Assembly (NCBI GenBank): GCA_033549025.1 | Contig: JAWSUS010000004.1 | Coordinates: forward strand, 114,847 to 178,846 | Reading direction: 5' to 3' | From: Desulfuromonadales bacterium | GTDB taxonomy: Bacteria > Desulfobacterota > Desulfuromonadia > Desulfuromonadales > SZUA-540 | DNA: 64,000 nt | In this document: piece by piece, positions 37,723 through 48,010 of the stretch | Position numbering within the stretch: the first letter of the stretch is position 1 | Layout of the letters: every line of letters starts with the position of its first letter | Made by a program: the position numbers and the translations under genes | The notes under the pieces: model-generated | Seen by the model: only the letters and a program-made list of their open reading frames with translations | The model's database searches: none | Told to the model about the DNA's origin: nothing

Positions 37723-39039
37723 TTGAGCTACGTCTTTTCCGGGCTGTTCTGGATTGGGATCTATCTGGCGCTAGTGATGGCGCCGCTGCTGGTGCTTCTG
37801 CTTGGTCCCATGCCCGCTGGCAGCGGGTTCTGGTGGGACTTTTCTCTTGCCCTGGGCTTTGCCGGTACGGCCATGATGGGTACGCTTTTCGTGCAGACGG
37901 CGCGTTTCCGGCGCCCCTCTGCCCCTTTCGGCATCGATATCGTCTATTATTTTCACCGGCAGAGTGCGCTGGTGGCCTTTGCGTTCATTCTGCTCCATCC
38001 CCTGTTGCTGCTGGCCCGTGAACCGACCCTGTGGTCTCTTTTCCGTCCCGGTCTGGCCCCCTGGCACTTCTGGGCCGGCGTGGCTTCCCTGGCCGTTCTT
38101 TTTCTGCTGCTGACCAGTTCGCTCTGGCGCAAACCGCTGGGAATCGATTACGACCGCTGGCGTCTGGGGCATGCTGTACTGGCCGTGTTGACCCTCGGTC
38201 TGGCCATCGCCCATATCGTGGGGGTGGGGCACTATGTCGCCACTCCCTGGACCAAAATCCTGTGGGGGGCGATCTCCCTGTCCTGGCTGCTGCTGCTGGT
38301 GACCGTGCGGCTCATCAGACCGGCCATGCTGCTGCGCCGTCCCTACCGGGTCACGGGCGTGAGCGCCGAGCGGGGCGATGCCTGGACGCTGCGGGTCGCT
38401 CCCGAAGGGCACGACGGCTTCAACTTCCTGCCCGGCCAGTTCGCCTGGATCAGCCTCGGGGCTTCTCCTTTCGCCCTCAAGGAGCATCCCTTCTCTATCG
38501 CCTCCAGTGCCGCAAAGACGGGCGAGCTGCACTTTACCATTAAGGAACTGGGGGACTTCACCCGCCGCATCAAGGAGGTGGAAATCGGCACGCCGGTCTA
38601 CGTGGATGGCCCCTACGGCTGTTTCAGTCCCGACCGGCAACCGGCCGGCAGCTATGTCTTTGTGGCCGGCGGCATCGGCATTGCCCCGATTATGAGCATG
38701 CTGCGCACGCTGGCGGATCGCGGCGACCGCCGTCCGCTGCTCCTCTTTTATGCCTACAATACCTGGGATCGCACGACCTTTCGGGAAGAACTGGAGATGC
38801 TGCGGGAGCGCCTTGATCTTCAGGTTGTTTTCATCCTGAACGACCCTCCTCTCGACTGGCAGGGCGAGGTGGGGCTGCTCACGAAGGAACTGCTTGGCCG
38901 CCATGTGCCGCCGCCTCTGGCGGCCGCGGAGTATTTTATCTGCGGCCCGGTGGCGATGATCCACCTGGCGGAAAAATACCTGCATGAATTGGGCGTTCCG
39001 CTGCGGCAGCTTCATTCCGAACTGTTCGATCTGGTCTGA
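37723..39039 (+). CDS. Ferric reductase-like transmembrane flavocytochrome b
   Basis: His-bearing TMs, PGQF, EHPFS, GDFT, DGPYG, AGGIGIAP, CGP, HSE.F. Confidence 0.9.
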   Translation: MSYVFSGLFWIGIYLALVMAPLLVLLLGPMPAGSGFWWDFSLALGFAGTAMMGTLFVQTARFRRPSAPFGIDIVYYFHRQSALVAFAFILLHPLLLLAREPTLWSLFRPGLAPWHFWAGVASLAVLFLLLTSSLWRKPLGIDYDRWRLGHAVLAVLTLGLAIAHIVGVGHYVATPWTKILWGAISLSWLLLLVTVRLIRPAMLLRRPYRVTGVSAERGDAWTLRVAPEGHDGFNFLPGQFAWISLGASPFALKEHPFSIASSAAKTGELHFTIKELGDFTRRIKEVEIGTPVYVDGPYGCFSPDRQPAGSYVFVAGGIGIAPIMSMLRTLADRGDRRPLLLFYAYNTWDRTTFREELEMLRERLDLQVVFILNDPPLDWQGEVGLLTKELLGRHVPPPLAAAEYFICGPVAMIHLAEKYLHELGVPLRQLHSELFDLV

Positions 39040-39064
39040 ACGAGGAATAGAGAAGGAGGCAACC

Positions 39065-39157
39065 ATGCGACTTTTACTGGCCAAGTTGCTGGCCTGGTCA
39101 ACCGGGGGGATCATTCTGATCCTGGCCGGACTCTTCGCTCTGACGCAGAACAGCTGA
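39065..39157 (+). CDS. Unannotated 30-aa single-TM small protein
   Basis: AAGGAGG RBS; MRLLLAKLLAWSTGGIILILAGLFALTQNS. Confidence 0.6.
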   Translation: MRLLLAKLLAWSTGGIILILAGLFALTQNS

Positions 39158-39295
39158 TCTTTTCCTGTAACTTCCCTGGCCGGGGACATTCCGTTTGATC
39201 TCGGCCTGCCTCCCGGCTATGATACGCCCTGCGGGCCGACCGTTTTTTTTCTTGTGGTTCGTCAATCTCTTCTCACCTGAAAACGGCACTTTTTT

Positions 39296-40054
39296 ATGCA
39301 GCTCCTGCGCAGCGAAGCGATCATTCTGCGGCACGTCGACTACGGTGAAGCGGACAGGATCGTGACCTTTTATACGCCCGAGCTCGGCCTGCTCAAAGGG
39401 TTTGCCCGCGGCGCCCGCCGCAGTCGCAAGCGCTTTGGGCCGGCCCTGGAACCCTTTGCGCAGGTGATGATGCATTGGAGCCCGCCGGGGCGGGGACAGC
39501 TGCTGTCGCTGAAGGAGGCCGAGCTGGTCGATCTGCACGCCGGTTTGCGCGCCGACCTGTTGGCGCTGGCCCTGGCGGGCTATGGCTGCGAACTGGTGGA
39601 AGAGTTGCAGGGGGAAGAATCGGGGCATCCGCAGGTTTACGGACTGCTGCAGGCTTTTCTGCACCATCTGGCCGCCGCCGGCGGCTCAGCGGAAGCCCGG
39701 CTGCTCTTCGAGCTGCGTCTGCTGGAACTGGCCGGCTACATCCCCCATCTGCTGCACTGCTCCGAATGTATGGAAACCCTCAAGACGGAGACCGTTTTTT
39801 TCGACGCCTCCCGCGGCGGCAGCCTCTGTCCGGCCTGTGAGGGCGCGCGCGGCAGCCTCTCGGTCAGCCTGCTGACGCTGGGAACCCTGTCCCGCATTCT
39901 GCGCGCTCCCCTGGAAAGCTTCGAGGGCTATCGCCTGAGTCCGGCTACGTTAACGCAGGGGGAGAGGATGCTCACCGCGGCCATCGGCCGGCACCTGCAC
40001 CGCCGACTCAAGTCGCTGGTTTTTCTGCAACAAGTTGCTGGTGGAAGCGGCTGA
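39296..40054 (+). CDS. recO: DNA repair protein RecO
   Basis: YGEADRIV, ARGARRS.KRF, CSEC/CPAC zinc finger; recO-glyQS synteny. Confidence 0.93.
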   Translation: MQLLRSEAIILRHVDYGEADRIVTFYTPELGLLKGFARGARRSRKRFGPALEPFAQVMMHWSPPGRGQLLSLKEAELVDLHAGLRADLLALALAGYGCELVEELQGEESGHPQVYGLLQAFLHHLAAAGGSAEARLLFELRLLELAGYIPHLLHCSECMETLKTETVFFDASRGGSLCPACEGARGSLSVSLLTLGTLSRILRAPLESFEGYRLSPATLTQGERMLTAAIGRHLHRRLKSLVFLQQVAGGSG

Positions 40055-40095
40055 TCCCCCGCCAGCGGAGGTCCTGTCGCCTCTCAGAAATTGCC

Positions 40096-40124
40096 TTGAC
40101 AGGCCCGGGGTCAGGGGCTAAAAT
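40096..40124 (+). promoter_or_regulatory. Sigma70 promoter of glyQS
   Basis: TTGACA-17 nt-TAAAAT. Confidence 0.7.
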
Positions 40125-40208
40125 TCAGCTTTTTAAATTTGTATACAGTATACCAATAAACAGGCCCTGAAGAGGGGGCGTAAACTGTTTTGACGGCCTG
40201 GAGGCATC

Positions 40209-41078
40209 GTGACTTTTCAAGATCTCATTCTTTCCCTGCAGAATTACTGGGCCAAGCAGGGCTGCATCATTCAGCAGCCCTACGACATGGAAAAGGGGGC
40301 AGGTACCTTCAATCCCGCCACTTTTCTGCGCGTTCTCGGCCCCGAGCCCTGGAAGGTAGCCTACGTGGAGCCGTCCCGCCGCCCCACCGACGGCCGCTAT
40401 GGCGAAAATCCCAATCGACTGCAGCACTACTACCAGTTTCAGGTCATCATGAAACCCTCTCCCCTGAACATTCAGGATCTCTACCTCGATTCCCTCAAGA
40501 GCTTCGGCATCAACCCGTCGCAGCACGACATCCGCTTTGTCGAGGATGACTGGGAATCGCCGACCCTGGGGGCCTGGGGGCTGGGGTGGGAAGTGTGGCT
40601 CGACGGCATGGAAATCACCCAGTTTACCTACTTCCAGCAGGCCGGCGGCATCGATCTCAAGCCCGTTTCCGGTGAGATTACCTACGGCTGCGAGCGTATC
40701 GCCATGTATCTGCAGGGCGTGGACAACGTCTACGATCTCGAGTGGGTCAAGGGGGTCAAGTACGGCGATGTGCATCATCAGGGCGAGGTGGAGTTCTCTA
40801 CCTACAACTTTGAAGAGGCCGACGTCGACATGCTGCTTAACCTCTTCACCATGTACGAGAAGGAATGCATCCGCCTGGCGCAGCGCGGCCTGGTCCTGCC
40901 GGCCTACGACTACGTCATGAAATGCTCCCACGCCTTCAACATGCTCGATGCCCGCGGCGCCATTTCCGTGACCGAGCGTGCTTCCTACATCGGCCGGGTG
41001 CGCAACGTGGCGCGGCTCTGCGCCGAAGGGTACGTGGCCCAGCGAGAGAAGCTTGGCTTTCCGCTGCTGAAGAAATGA
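40209..41078 (+). CDS. glyQ: Glycine--tRNA ligase alpha subunit
   Basis: [36 protein letters not shown]. Confidence 0.97.
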   Translation: MTFQDLILSLQNYWAKQGCIIQQPYDMEKGAGTFNPATFLRVLGPEPWKVAYVEPSRRPTDGRYGENPNRLQHYYQFQVIMKPSPLNIQDLYLDSLKSFGINPSQHDIRFVEDDWESPTLGAWGLGWEVWLDGMEITQFTYFQQAGGIDLKPVSGEITYGCERIAMYLQGVDNVYDLEWVKGVKYGDVHHQGEVEFSTYNFEEADVDMLLNLFTMYEKECIRLAQRGLVLPAYDYVMKCSHAFNMLDARGAISVTERASYIGRVRNVARLCAEGYVAQREKLGFPLLKK

Positions 41079-41125
41079 TTGGCCGGGGCGCACCCGCGTC
41101 CCGGTATCCTCTTACCGGAGATACC

Positions 41126-43192
41126 ATGTCTGCTGAACTTTTTCTTGAAATCGGTACCGAAGAGATTCCGGCCGGCTTTCTGCCGGCGGCCATGCGCGAT
41201 ATGGAACGCCTGCTGCGCAAAGAACTGGAGAACGCCCGCATCTCCTTCGGCACGATCCAGACCTTTGCCACCCCCCGTCGTCTGGCCATCGCTGTGGCCG
41301 ACGTGGAAACGGAACAGCCGCGCCAGGAGCTGACCCTCTCCGGGCCCTCCGTCAAGGTCGCCTTCGATGCCGACGGCAATCCGACCAAGGCGGCCCTCGG
41401 CTTTGCCCGCGCCAACGGTGTCGATGTTTCCGAGCTGCAGCAGGTGGAGACCGAAAAAGGGGCCTATCTGTTCATCTCCAAGGTCGAGGAAGGCCGCCAG
41501 ACGGCCGATCTGCTGCCGGAGATGCTGCCCCGTCTGATCGGCGGCATCCCCTTCAAAAAGTCCATGCGCTGGAAGGATCTCGACATTCGCTTTGCCCGGC
41601 CCATGCACTGGATTGTCGCCCTCTACGATGGCGTCGTCGTTCCCTTTACTTACGGCAACCTCGAGAGCGGCAACCTCTCGCGGGGGCACCGGTTCATGGC
41701 CCCGGCGACCTTCCCGGTGACGGGTCTGGCCAGCTGGCTTGAGGCGTGCGAGCGCCATTTCGTCACCCCCGAACCGGCCAAGCGCCGCGACCTCATCGCC
41801 CGCGAGATCGAGCGCGTCGCCCACGCGGCCGGCGGGGAGGTCAATACGGATGAGGCTCTGCTCGACGAGGTTTCTTACCTCGTGGAAGACGCCACCCCCA
41901 TCATCGGCTCTTTCGAGGACAAATACCTGCAGCTCCCCCGCGAGCTGCTGATCACCACCATGCGCGAGCACCAGCGCTATTTCACCCTGGTCGACAAAGA
42001 GGGGAAGCTGCTGCCCCGCTTCATCACCATCTCCAACACCCGGCCGGAAGACCCGGCCGTGGTCGCCCGCGGCAACGAGCGGGTCTTGCGGGCCCGTCTT
42101 TCCGACGCCATGTTCTTCTGGACCGAGGACCAGAAGGTCAAGCTGGAAACCCGTCTCGAGGCGTTGAAGAACGTAGTCTATCAGGCTAAGCTCGGCACCA
42201 GCTACGAGAAGGTCATGCGCTTTCGCGAACTGGCCGCCCTGCTCGCCGCCCAGCTGTCCCCTGCCGACAGCGCCCTGACCGACCGGGCTGCCCTGCTGGC
42301 CAAGTGCGACCTGGAAACCGGCATGGTGTATGAGTTCCCCGAGTTGCAAGGCATCATGGGGCGCGAGTACGCGCTGCTTGAAGGGGAGGACGCCCGGGTG
42401 GCCCGCGCCATTCATGAGCACTATCTTCCCGTCGAAGCCGGCGGCGAGCTCCCTTCCGATCACCTAGGGGCCTTCGTCTCCATCGCCGACAAAATCGATA
42501 CCATCTGTGGCTGCTTCGGCGTCGGCCTTATTCCCACCGGTTCGGCCGACCCCTATGCCCTGCGGCGCAGTGCCATCGGCGTCCTCGCTATCCTGCTCGA
42601 CCGGGGCTATCGCCTCTCGCTGACCGCGCTGGTCGGCAAGGCCGTCGATCTGCTCGCCGCCAAACTTACCCGTCCGGCCGACGAGGTGAAGAAGGACGTC
42701 CTCGAATTTATCCGCCTGCGTTTCTTTAATATGCTGACCGGCCAGGGACAGCCCCAGGACGTGGTCGACGCTGTGCTGTCGGCCTCCTTCGACGATGTCA
42801 TCGACGCCCAGGAGCGCGTCAAGGCGCTGGCCGCCCTCAAGGGACGGGAAGATTTCGAGCCGCTGGCCGTGGCCTTCAAGCGGGTGGTCAACATCATCAA
42901 GGGAGGCGTGAATACGCCGGTGAACGCCGACCGTTTCGAAGCCGCCTGCGAGAAAACCCTGCATGCCGAAGTGCAGTCGACCGCTGCCCGCGTCGCCGCC
43001 GCCACCCAGGCCGGGGACTACGCCGCTGCCCTGCAGGCCATCGCTGCGCTGCGCGGGGCCGTGGACGACTTCTTCGAAGGGGTGATGGTCATGGCCGAGG
43101 ATGAAGGCGTGCGAATAAACCGGCTGGCCCTGCTGACAGGGGTCGCCCGCCTCTTCGAAAACATCGCAGATTTTGCCAAGATAGCCGCCTAG
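41126..43192 (+). CDS. glyS: Glycine--tRNA ligase beta subunit
   Basis: EIGTEEIP, TPRR, MRW, EFPELQG.MG, DPYALRR. Confidence 0.96.
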   Translation: MSAELFLEIGTEEIPAGFLPAAMRDMERLLRKELENARISFGTIQTFATPRRLAIAVADVETEQPRQELTLSGPSVKVAFDADGNPTKAALGFARANGVDVSELQQVETEKGAYLFISKVEEGRQTADLLPEMLPRLIGGIPFKKSMRWKDLDIRFARPMHWIVALYDGVVVPFTYGNLESGNLSRGHRFMAPATFPVTGLASWLEACERHFVTPEPAKRRDLIAREIERVAHAAGGEVNTDEALLDEVSYLVEDATPIIGSFEDKYLQLPRELLITTMREHQRYFTLVDKEGKLLPRFITISNTRPEDPAVVARGNERVLRARLSDAMFFWTEDQKVKLETRLEALKNVVYQAKLGTSYEKVMRFRELAALLAAQLSPADSALTDRAALLAKCDLETGMVYEFPELQGIMGREYALLEGEDARVARAIHEHYLPVEAGGELPSDHLGAFVSIADKIDTICGCFGVGLIPTGSADPYALRRSAIGVLAILLDRGYRLSLTALVGKAVDLLAAKLTRPADEVKKDVLEFIRLRFFNMLTGQGQPQDVVDAVLSASFDDVIDAQERVKALAALKGREDFEPLAVAFKRVVNIIKGGVNTPVNADRFEAACEKTLHAEVQSTAARVAAATQAGDYAAALQAIAALRGAVDDFFEGVMVMAEDEGVRINRLALLTGVARLFENIADFAKIAA

Positions 43193-43282
43193 GAAACTAG
43201 GCGGCTCTTTTATTTTCAGTAAAAAACGGTGCCTGAAATGGCGCAATTGTTTATTTTTACTAACCTTTGAGGAGGAGTACCC

Positions 43283-45946
43283 ATGGCAACGAAGTACGTT
43301 TATTTCTTCGGCGACGGCAAGGCCGAGGGAAAAGGGGACATGAAAAACCTGCTGGGCGGCAAGGGGGCCAACCTGGCCGAAATGACCTCGATCGGTCTGC
43401 CCGTGCCGGCCGGTTTTACCATCACCACCGAGGTATGCACCGAGTTCTACAAGAACAACCGCCAGTACCCCGCCGAACTCAAAGGGCAGGTGGAAGAAAA
43501 CCTGAAAAAGGTCGAGACGCTGATGGGCAAGAAATTCGGCGACGCAAAAAACCCGCTGCTCGTCTCCGTGCGCTCCGGTGCCCGCGCCTCCATGCCGGGC
43601 ATGATGGACACCGTCCTTAACCTCGGCCTCAACGACCAAACGGTGCAGGGCATCATCGAACAGAGCGGCGACGCCCGTTTCGCCTACGACTCCTATCGCC
43701 GCTTCATCCAGATGTACTCCAACGTCGTCCTTAATCTCGACGGCGACATTCTCGAACATATCCTCGAGCAGATGAAAGAGCAGCGCGGGGTCCAGCAGGA
43801 CACCCAGCTGACCGCCGACGACCTCAAGGAAATGGTCATCCTCTTCAAGAAGAAGGTTCGTGAAGAGATGGGTCGGGACTTCCCTGAAGATCCCCAGGAG
43901 CAGCTGTGGGGCGCCATCGGGGCCGTCTTCGGTTCCTGGATGAACCCCCGCGCCATCACCTATCGCAAGCTCAACGGCATCCCTGCCGAGTGGGGAACCG
44001 CCGTCAACGTCCAGTCCATGGTCTACGGCAATATGGGCGACGACTGCGCCACCGGCGTGGCTTTCACCCGCAACCCCTCTACCGGCGAGAACGTCTTCTT
44101 CGGCGAGTTCCTGGTCAACGCCCAGGGCGAGGACGTGGTGGCCGGCATCCGCACCCCGCAGCCCATCAACAAGGCGGGCGGCGACGGTACCCTGCCTTCC
44201 ATGGAAGAGGTCATGCCCGTCTGCTACGACCAGCTTATGAAGGTGCAGCAGACCCTGGAGAAGCACTACCGCGACATGCAGGATATCGAGTTCACCATCG
44301 AGAAGGGCAAGCTCTACATGCTGCAGACCCGCAACGGCAAGCGCACCGCCAAGGCGGCCGTGAAGATCGCCGTCGACATGGTGCGCGAGGGGGTCATCAA
44401 CGAGAAGGAAGCCGTCCTGCGCGTGCAGCCCGAACAGCTCGATCAACTGCTCCATCCCTCCCTCGATCCCAAGGCCTCCAAAACCATCATCGCCAAGGGC
44501 CTGCCCGCTTCTCCCGGCGCCGCCAGTGGTGAAGTCGTCTTTTCGGCCGACGAGGCCGAAGAAGCGGCCAAGATCGGCCTCAAGGTCATTCTTGTCCGCG
44601 TGGAGACCAGCCCCGAGGACATTCACGGCATGCACGCCGCTCAGGGCATCCTCACCGCCCGCGGCGGCATGACCTCCCACGCCGCCGTTGTCGCCCGCGG
44701 CATGGGCAAGTGCTGCGTGGCCGGCTGCGGGGATATCAAGGTCGACTACAAGACGCAGCAGTTCGTCGCCCGCGACGGCGTCGTCATCAAGAAGGGGGAT
44801 GTCATCACCCTCGACGGTTCCACCGGCGAAGTCATGAAGGGTGAAGTTCCCACCGTTCAGCCTGAGCTGACCGGCGATTTCGGCGCCCTCATGGAGTGGG
44901 TCGATTCCTTCCGTCGCCTCAAAGTGCGCACCAACGCCGATACCCCCAACGACTCCAAGGTGGCCCGCAACTTCGGCGCCGAGGGCATCGGTCTGTGCCG
45001 CACCGAGCATATGTTCTTTGAGGCCGAGCGCATCATGGCCGTGCGCGAGATGATTCTGTCCGAGGATATCGCCGGTCGCAAGGGCGCTCTGGCCAAGATC
45101 CTGCCCATGCAGAAAGGGGACTTCCTCGGCATCTTCCGCGAGATGAAGGGCCTGCCCGTGACCATCCGCCTGCTCGATCCGCCCCTGCACGAGTTCCTCC
45201 CCCACACGGACAAGGACATCGAGGAGCTGGCCGCCGTCATGAAGGTGCAGCCCCAGGTGCTGCGCAACAAGGTCGATTTCCTGCACGAATTCAACCCCAT
45301 GCTTGGCCACCGCGGCTGCCGCCTGGGCATTACCTTCCCCGAGATCTACGACATGCAGGTGCAGGCCATCATGGAAGCGGCCTGTGAACTGGTCAAGAAC
45401 GAGGGCTTCGACATCGTGCCCGAGATCATGATTCCCCTGGTCGGACACGTCAAGGAGCTGGCCATTCTGCGGGCCAACGCCATCCGCGTCGCCGACGAAG
45501 TCGTGGCCCGCTACGGCGTCAAGGTCGAGTACCTCATCGGCACCATGATTGAGCTGCCCCGCGCCGCCCTGACCGCCGACGAGATCGCCAAGGAAGCCGA
45601 ATTCTTCTCCTTCGGCACCAATGACCTCACCCAGACCACCTATGGCCTGTCCCGCGACGACGCCGGCAAATTCCTGCCCTTCTATGTCGAGCGCGAGATC
45701 TACCCCAACGACCCCTTCGTGGCTCTCGACCAGAGCGGTGTCGGACAGCTGGTGGAGATGGGCTGCGTCAAGGGGCGTCAGACCCGCGCCAACATCAAGC
45801 TCGGCATTTGCGGCGAGCACGGCGGCGAGCCTTCCAGTGTCATCTTTTGCCACAAGATCGGTCTGGATTACGTCTCCTGCTCTCCCTTCCGCGTCCCCAT
45901 CGCCCGCCTGGCTGCCGCCCACGCCGCCCTGATGGACGAGAAATAA
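43283..45946 (+). CDS. ppdK: Pyruvate, phosphate dikinase
   Basis: LGGKGANL, SMPGMMDT, GGMTSHAA, GTNDLTQ. Confidence 0.97.
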   Translation: MATKYVYFFGDGKAEGKGDMKNLLGGKGANLAEMTSIGLPVPAGFTITTEVCTEFYKNNRQYPAELKGQVEENLKKVETLMGKKFGDAKNPLLVSVRSGARASMPGMMDTVLNLGLNDQTVQGIIEQSGDARFAYDSYRRFIQMYSNVVLNLDGDILEHILEQMKEQRGVQQDTQLTADDLKEMVILFKKKVREEMGRDFPEDPQEQLWGAIGAVFGSWMNPRAITYRKLNGIPAEWGTAVNVQSMVYGNMGDDCATGVAFTRNPSTGENVFFGEFLVNAQGEDVVAGIRTPQPINKAGGDGTLPSMEEVMPVCYDQLMKVQQTLEKHYRDMQDIEFTIEKGKLYMLQTRNGKRTAKAAVKIAVDMVREGVINEKEAVLRVQPEQLDQLLHPSLDPKASKTIIAKGLPASPGAASGEVVFSADEAEEAAKIGLKVILVRVETSPEDIHGMHAAQGILTARGGMTSHAAVVARGMGKCCVAGCGDIKVDYKTQQFVARDGVVIKKGDVITLDGSTGEVMKGEVPTVQPELTGDFGALMEWVDSFRRLKVRTNADTPNDSKVARNFGAEGIGLCRTEHMFFEAERIMAVREMILSEDIAGRKGALAKILPMQKGDFLGIFREMKGLPVTIRLLDPPLHEFLPHTDKDIEELAAVMKVQPQVLRNKVDFLHEFNPMLGHRGCRLGITFPEIYDMQVQAIMEAACELVKNEGFDIVPEIMIPLVGHVKELAILRANAIRVADEVVARYGVKVEYLIGTMIELPRAALTADEIAKEAEFFSFGTNDLTQTTYGLSRDDAGKFLPFYVEREIYPNDPFVALDQSGVGQLVEMGCVKGRQTRANIKLGICGEHGGEPSSVIFCHKIGLDYVSCSPFRVPIARLAAAHAALMDEK

Positions 45947-45971
45947 ACCTTTCGACTTTTTGTCTGATGCG

Positions 45972-46005
45972 ATCCCCCGGGAAGCCTTTCCCGGGGGATT
46001 TTTTA
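45972..46005 (+). terminator. Intrinsic terminator after ppdK
   Basis: atcccccgggaa/ttcccgggggat stem plus T tract. Confidence 0.85.
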
Positions 46006-46104
46006 TTCCTGTGGCCCGCTTGCGAGCCCGCCATAATCTGGTAAATTTTCTGTCATGACAATGGGTTAAGAGGTTTTTGATTTCTGTCAACGAAAGGATT
46101 TTCT

Positions 46105-46641
46105 ATGGCTTCACGGTTTACCTCTGCGCGCGACGGCGTCTGGAATCCCTATCTGGCTGGAGCCCTTTCCGGGCTGGTCTCCGTCTTCTCCGTGTGGATC
46201 GCCGGGAAATATCTCGGCGCTTCCACCACATTTGTCCGTGCCGCCGGCATGATCGAAAAGGTCTTCTCGCCGGAGCGAGTGGAAAAGCTCGACTACTTCA
46301 TTAAAACGGCGCCCAAAATTGACTGGCAGTGGATGTTCGTAGTTGGCATCTTTATCGGCGCCCTCATTGCCTCCGTCAGCGGACGCACCTTCCGGTTGCA
46401 GGGCTTGCCCGATATGTGGCGCCAGCGGTTCGGCGGCGCCAGTTACGGTCGGCGCGCCCTCTTTGCCTTCACTGGCGGCGCCGTAGCCATGTTCGGAGCG
46501 CGTCTGGCCGATGGCTGACCGAGTGGTCATGGGCTGAGCGGTTCGCTCCAGCTAGCTGTCAGCGGTCTTATTTCTCTCGCCTGCTTCTTTATCGGCGGCA
46601 TCCTTGTCGCCCGCCTTATCTACGGGAGGAAGTCCTCATGA
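46105..46641 (+). CDS. YeeE/YedE (sulfur transporter) family membrane protein, probable selenoprotein (Sec at TGA 46516-46518)
   Basis: WNPYLAG, LGAS, GARLADG-TGA-PSGHGLSG matches the family GxRxxGGCxSGH motif; frame stays open to a TGA overlapping the next ATG; 178 aa. Confidence 0.82.
46514..46563 (+). promoter_or_regulatory. Putative SECIS element of the YeeE-like gene
   Basis: gcUGAc pairs with gtcagc (46558-46563); upper stem gctgagcg-GTT-cgctccagc. Confidence 0.65.
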
Positions 46642-47165
46642 ACATGCTCATTTACGGGCTGCTCACCGGTGTGGCCTTCGGTTTTATTCTGCAAAAAGGC
46701 GGCGTGCTGCGCTACGACAAGCAGCTCGGCGCTCTACGTCTTATCGATATGACCATTATCAAATTCATGCTGACCAGCGTCCTGGTCGGCATGGTTGGTA
46801 TCTATCTGCTGGTTGATCTGGAGCTGGCCAAGCTCAGTCTCAAGACGACGATTCTGGGCGGCAACATCATCGGCGGGCTTATTTTCGGCATTGGCTGGGG
46901 CCTGCTCGGGTACTGCCCCGGCACCTCTGCCGGTGCCCTGGGTGAGGGACGCTGGGACGCGCTCTACGGCATCCTCGGCATGGTGGCTGGCGCCGCCGTC
47001 TACGCCGAAGTCTTTCCCCTTATGAAGCGCACCGTACTCACTTGGGGTAACCTAGGCAAGATCACCATCCCGCAGGTGCTGGGTGTCAATCACTGGCCGG
47101 TGATCCTGGTCTTCATCATCGGAGCGGTTTTGCTCTTTCTGTTTTTTGAGAAGAAGGGGTTGTAG
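46638..47165 (+). CDS. YeeE/YedE family partner membrane protein
   Basis: G..FGFILQ, GGLIFG.GWGL.GYCPGT motif; ATGA overlap. Confidence 0.88.
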   Translation: MNMLIYGLLTGVAFGFILQKGGVLRYDKQLGALRLIDMTIIKFMLTSVLVGMVGIYLLVDLELAKLSLKTTILGGNIIGGLIFGIGWGLLGYCPGTSAGALGEGRWDALYGILGMVAGAAVYAEVFPLMKRTVLTWGNLGKITIPQVLGVNHWPVILVFIIGAVLLFLFFEKKGL

Positions 47166-47173
47166 TCGTCAGA

Positions 47174-47887
47174 TCATTTGCCAAGTACCTTCTCCGTTTC
47201 TATCTGCCGGAAAATGTCATGCAGGGCTTCCACGTAAATCTCTTCCCGCTTGCCCTCGATAGGATGGAAGGGGTAGACGAAGATGAGTAGAGCCTCCACC
47301 CAATTGCTCAGGGAGGCCTGGCGCTGATAACTTTTGACCAGAGCGCCTTTCACGTTATAGACGTCCGCCGTGATGGTGTACTCCCAGGTGTAGGGCGCCG
47401 GGATTAAGGTCAGGCTGACCAGGCTGATGGTGCCACTGAGAAATTGCTGCTTGAAGGAGGCTTCCTCAAAGAAACGGATGTCGATAGTGTAGTCATGGGT
47501 TTGACGAAGTTCCTCCTGTTCCCGGCGACGCTCGGGGGCGTTAACATCCGTGGGGAATTCCGTATGGGTGGCATATTCGGAAATGTTGGTTATTTCCCCC
47601 AAGGCGCCGCGAAAAATATTTTCAAAATCCGGGACACCCTGTGGTTTGACCTTGGGAAGGGCGTCAAGGCCGTGCTGCTGGCTCAGGTGTCTGAACAGAA
47701 AGAACACACTTACTTTTTCGGCGCCCAGATTACGCTCCGGCGGTTGGGTGAAAGCGCCGGTTAGATCCGACCGAGAGGCTGCGCAGCCTGACAGGGTGCT
47801 CGCAAGAACAAGGATAACCACAAAAATCCAGTTTTTTGAGCTTTTGGTCGGCCGCTGTGTCCATTGTTGGTTGCTAGTGTTGTTCAT
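47174..47887 (-). CDS. Hypothetical lipoprotein
   Basis: Lipobox LSGC; internal hydrophobic SLVSLTLIPA segment. Confidence 0.7.
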   Translation of the reverse strand: MNNTSNQQWTQRPTKSSKNWIFVVILVLASTLSGCAASRSDLTGAFTQPPERNLGAEKVSVFFLFRHLSQQHGLDALPKVKPQGVPDFENIFRGALGEITNISEYATHTEFPTDVNAPERRREQEELRQTHDYTIDIRFFEEASFKQQFLSGTISLVSLTLIPAPYTWEYTITADVYNVKGALVKSYQRQASLSNWVEALLIFVYPFHPIEGKREEIYVEALHDIFRQIETEKVLGK

Positions 47888-48010
47888 GTCGTGTTCTCCC
47901 TCACCCGTTAGCTTTCATGATTGGCAGGTGTCCCACTTTCACCCTCATGACAAACACATTATCGCTTTATTGCTGTTCAGCAAGGAGGCGATGATTATTC
48001 AGGAGATGAT

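Noticed and set aside
42464..46090. 1208-aa minus-strand ORF and many other long antisense ORFs
   Set aside because: Shadow frames of high-GC genes (ppdK, glyS, etc.); no motifs or RBS
46329..46637. N-terminal extension of the 278-aa ORF
   Set aside because: Overlaps the YeeE Sec frame; real start is ATG 46638 with GGGAGG RBS
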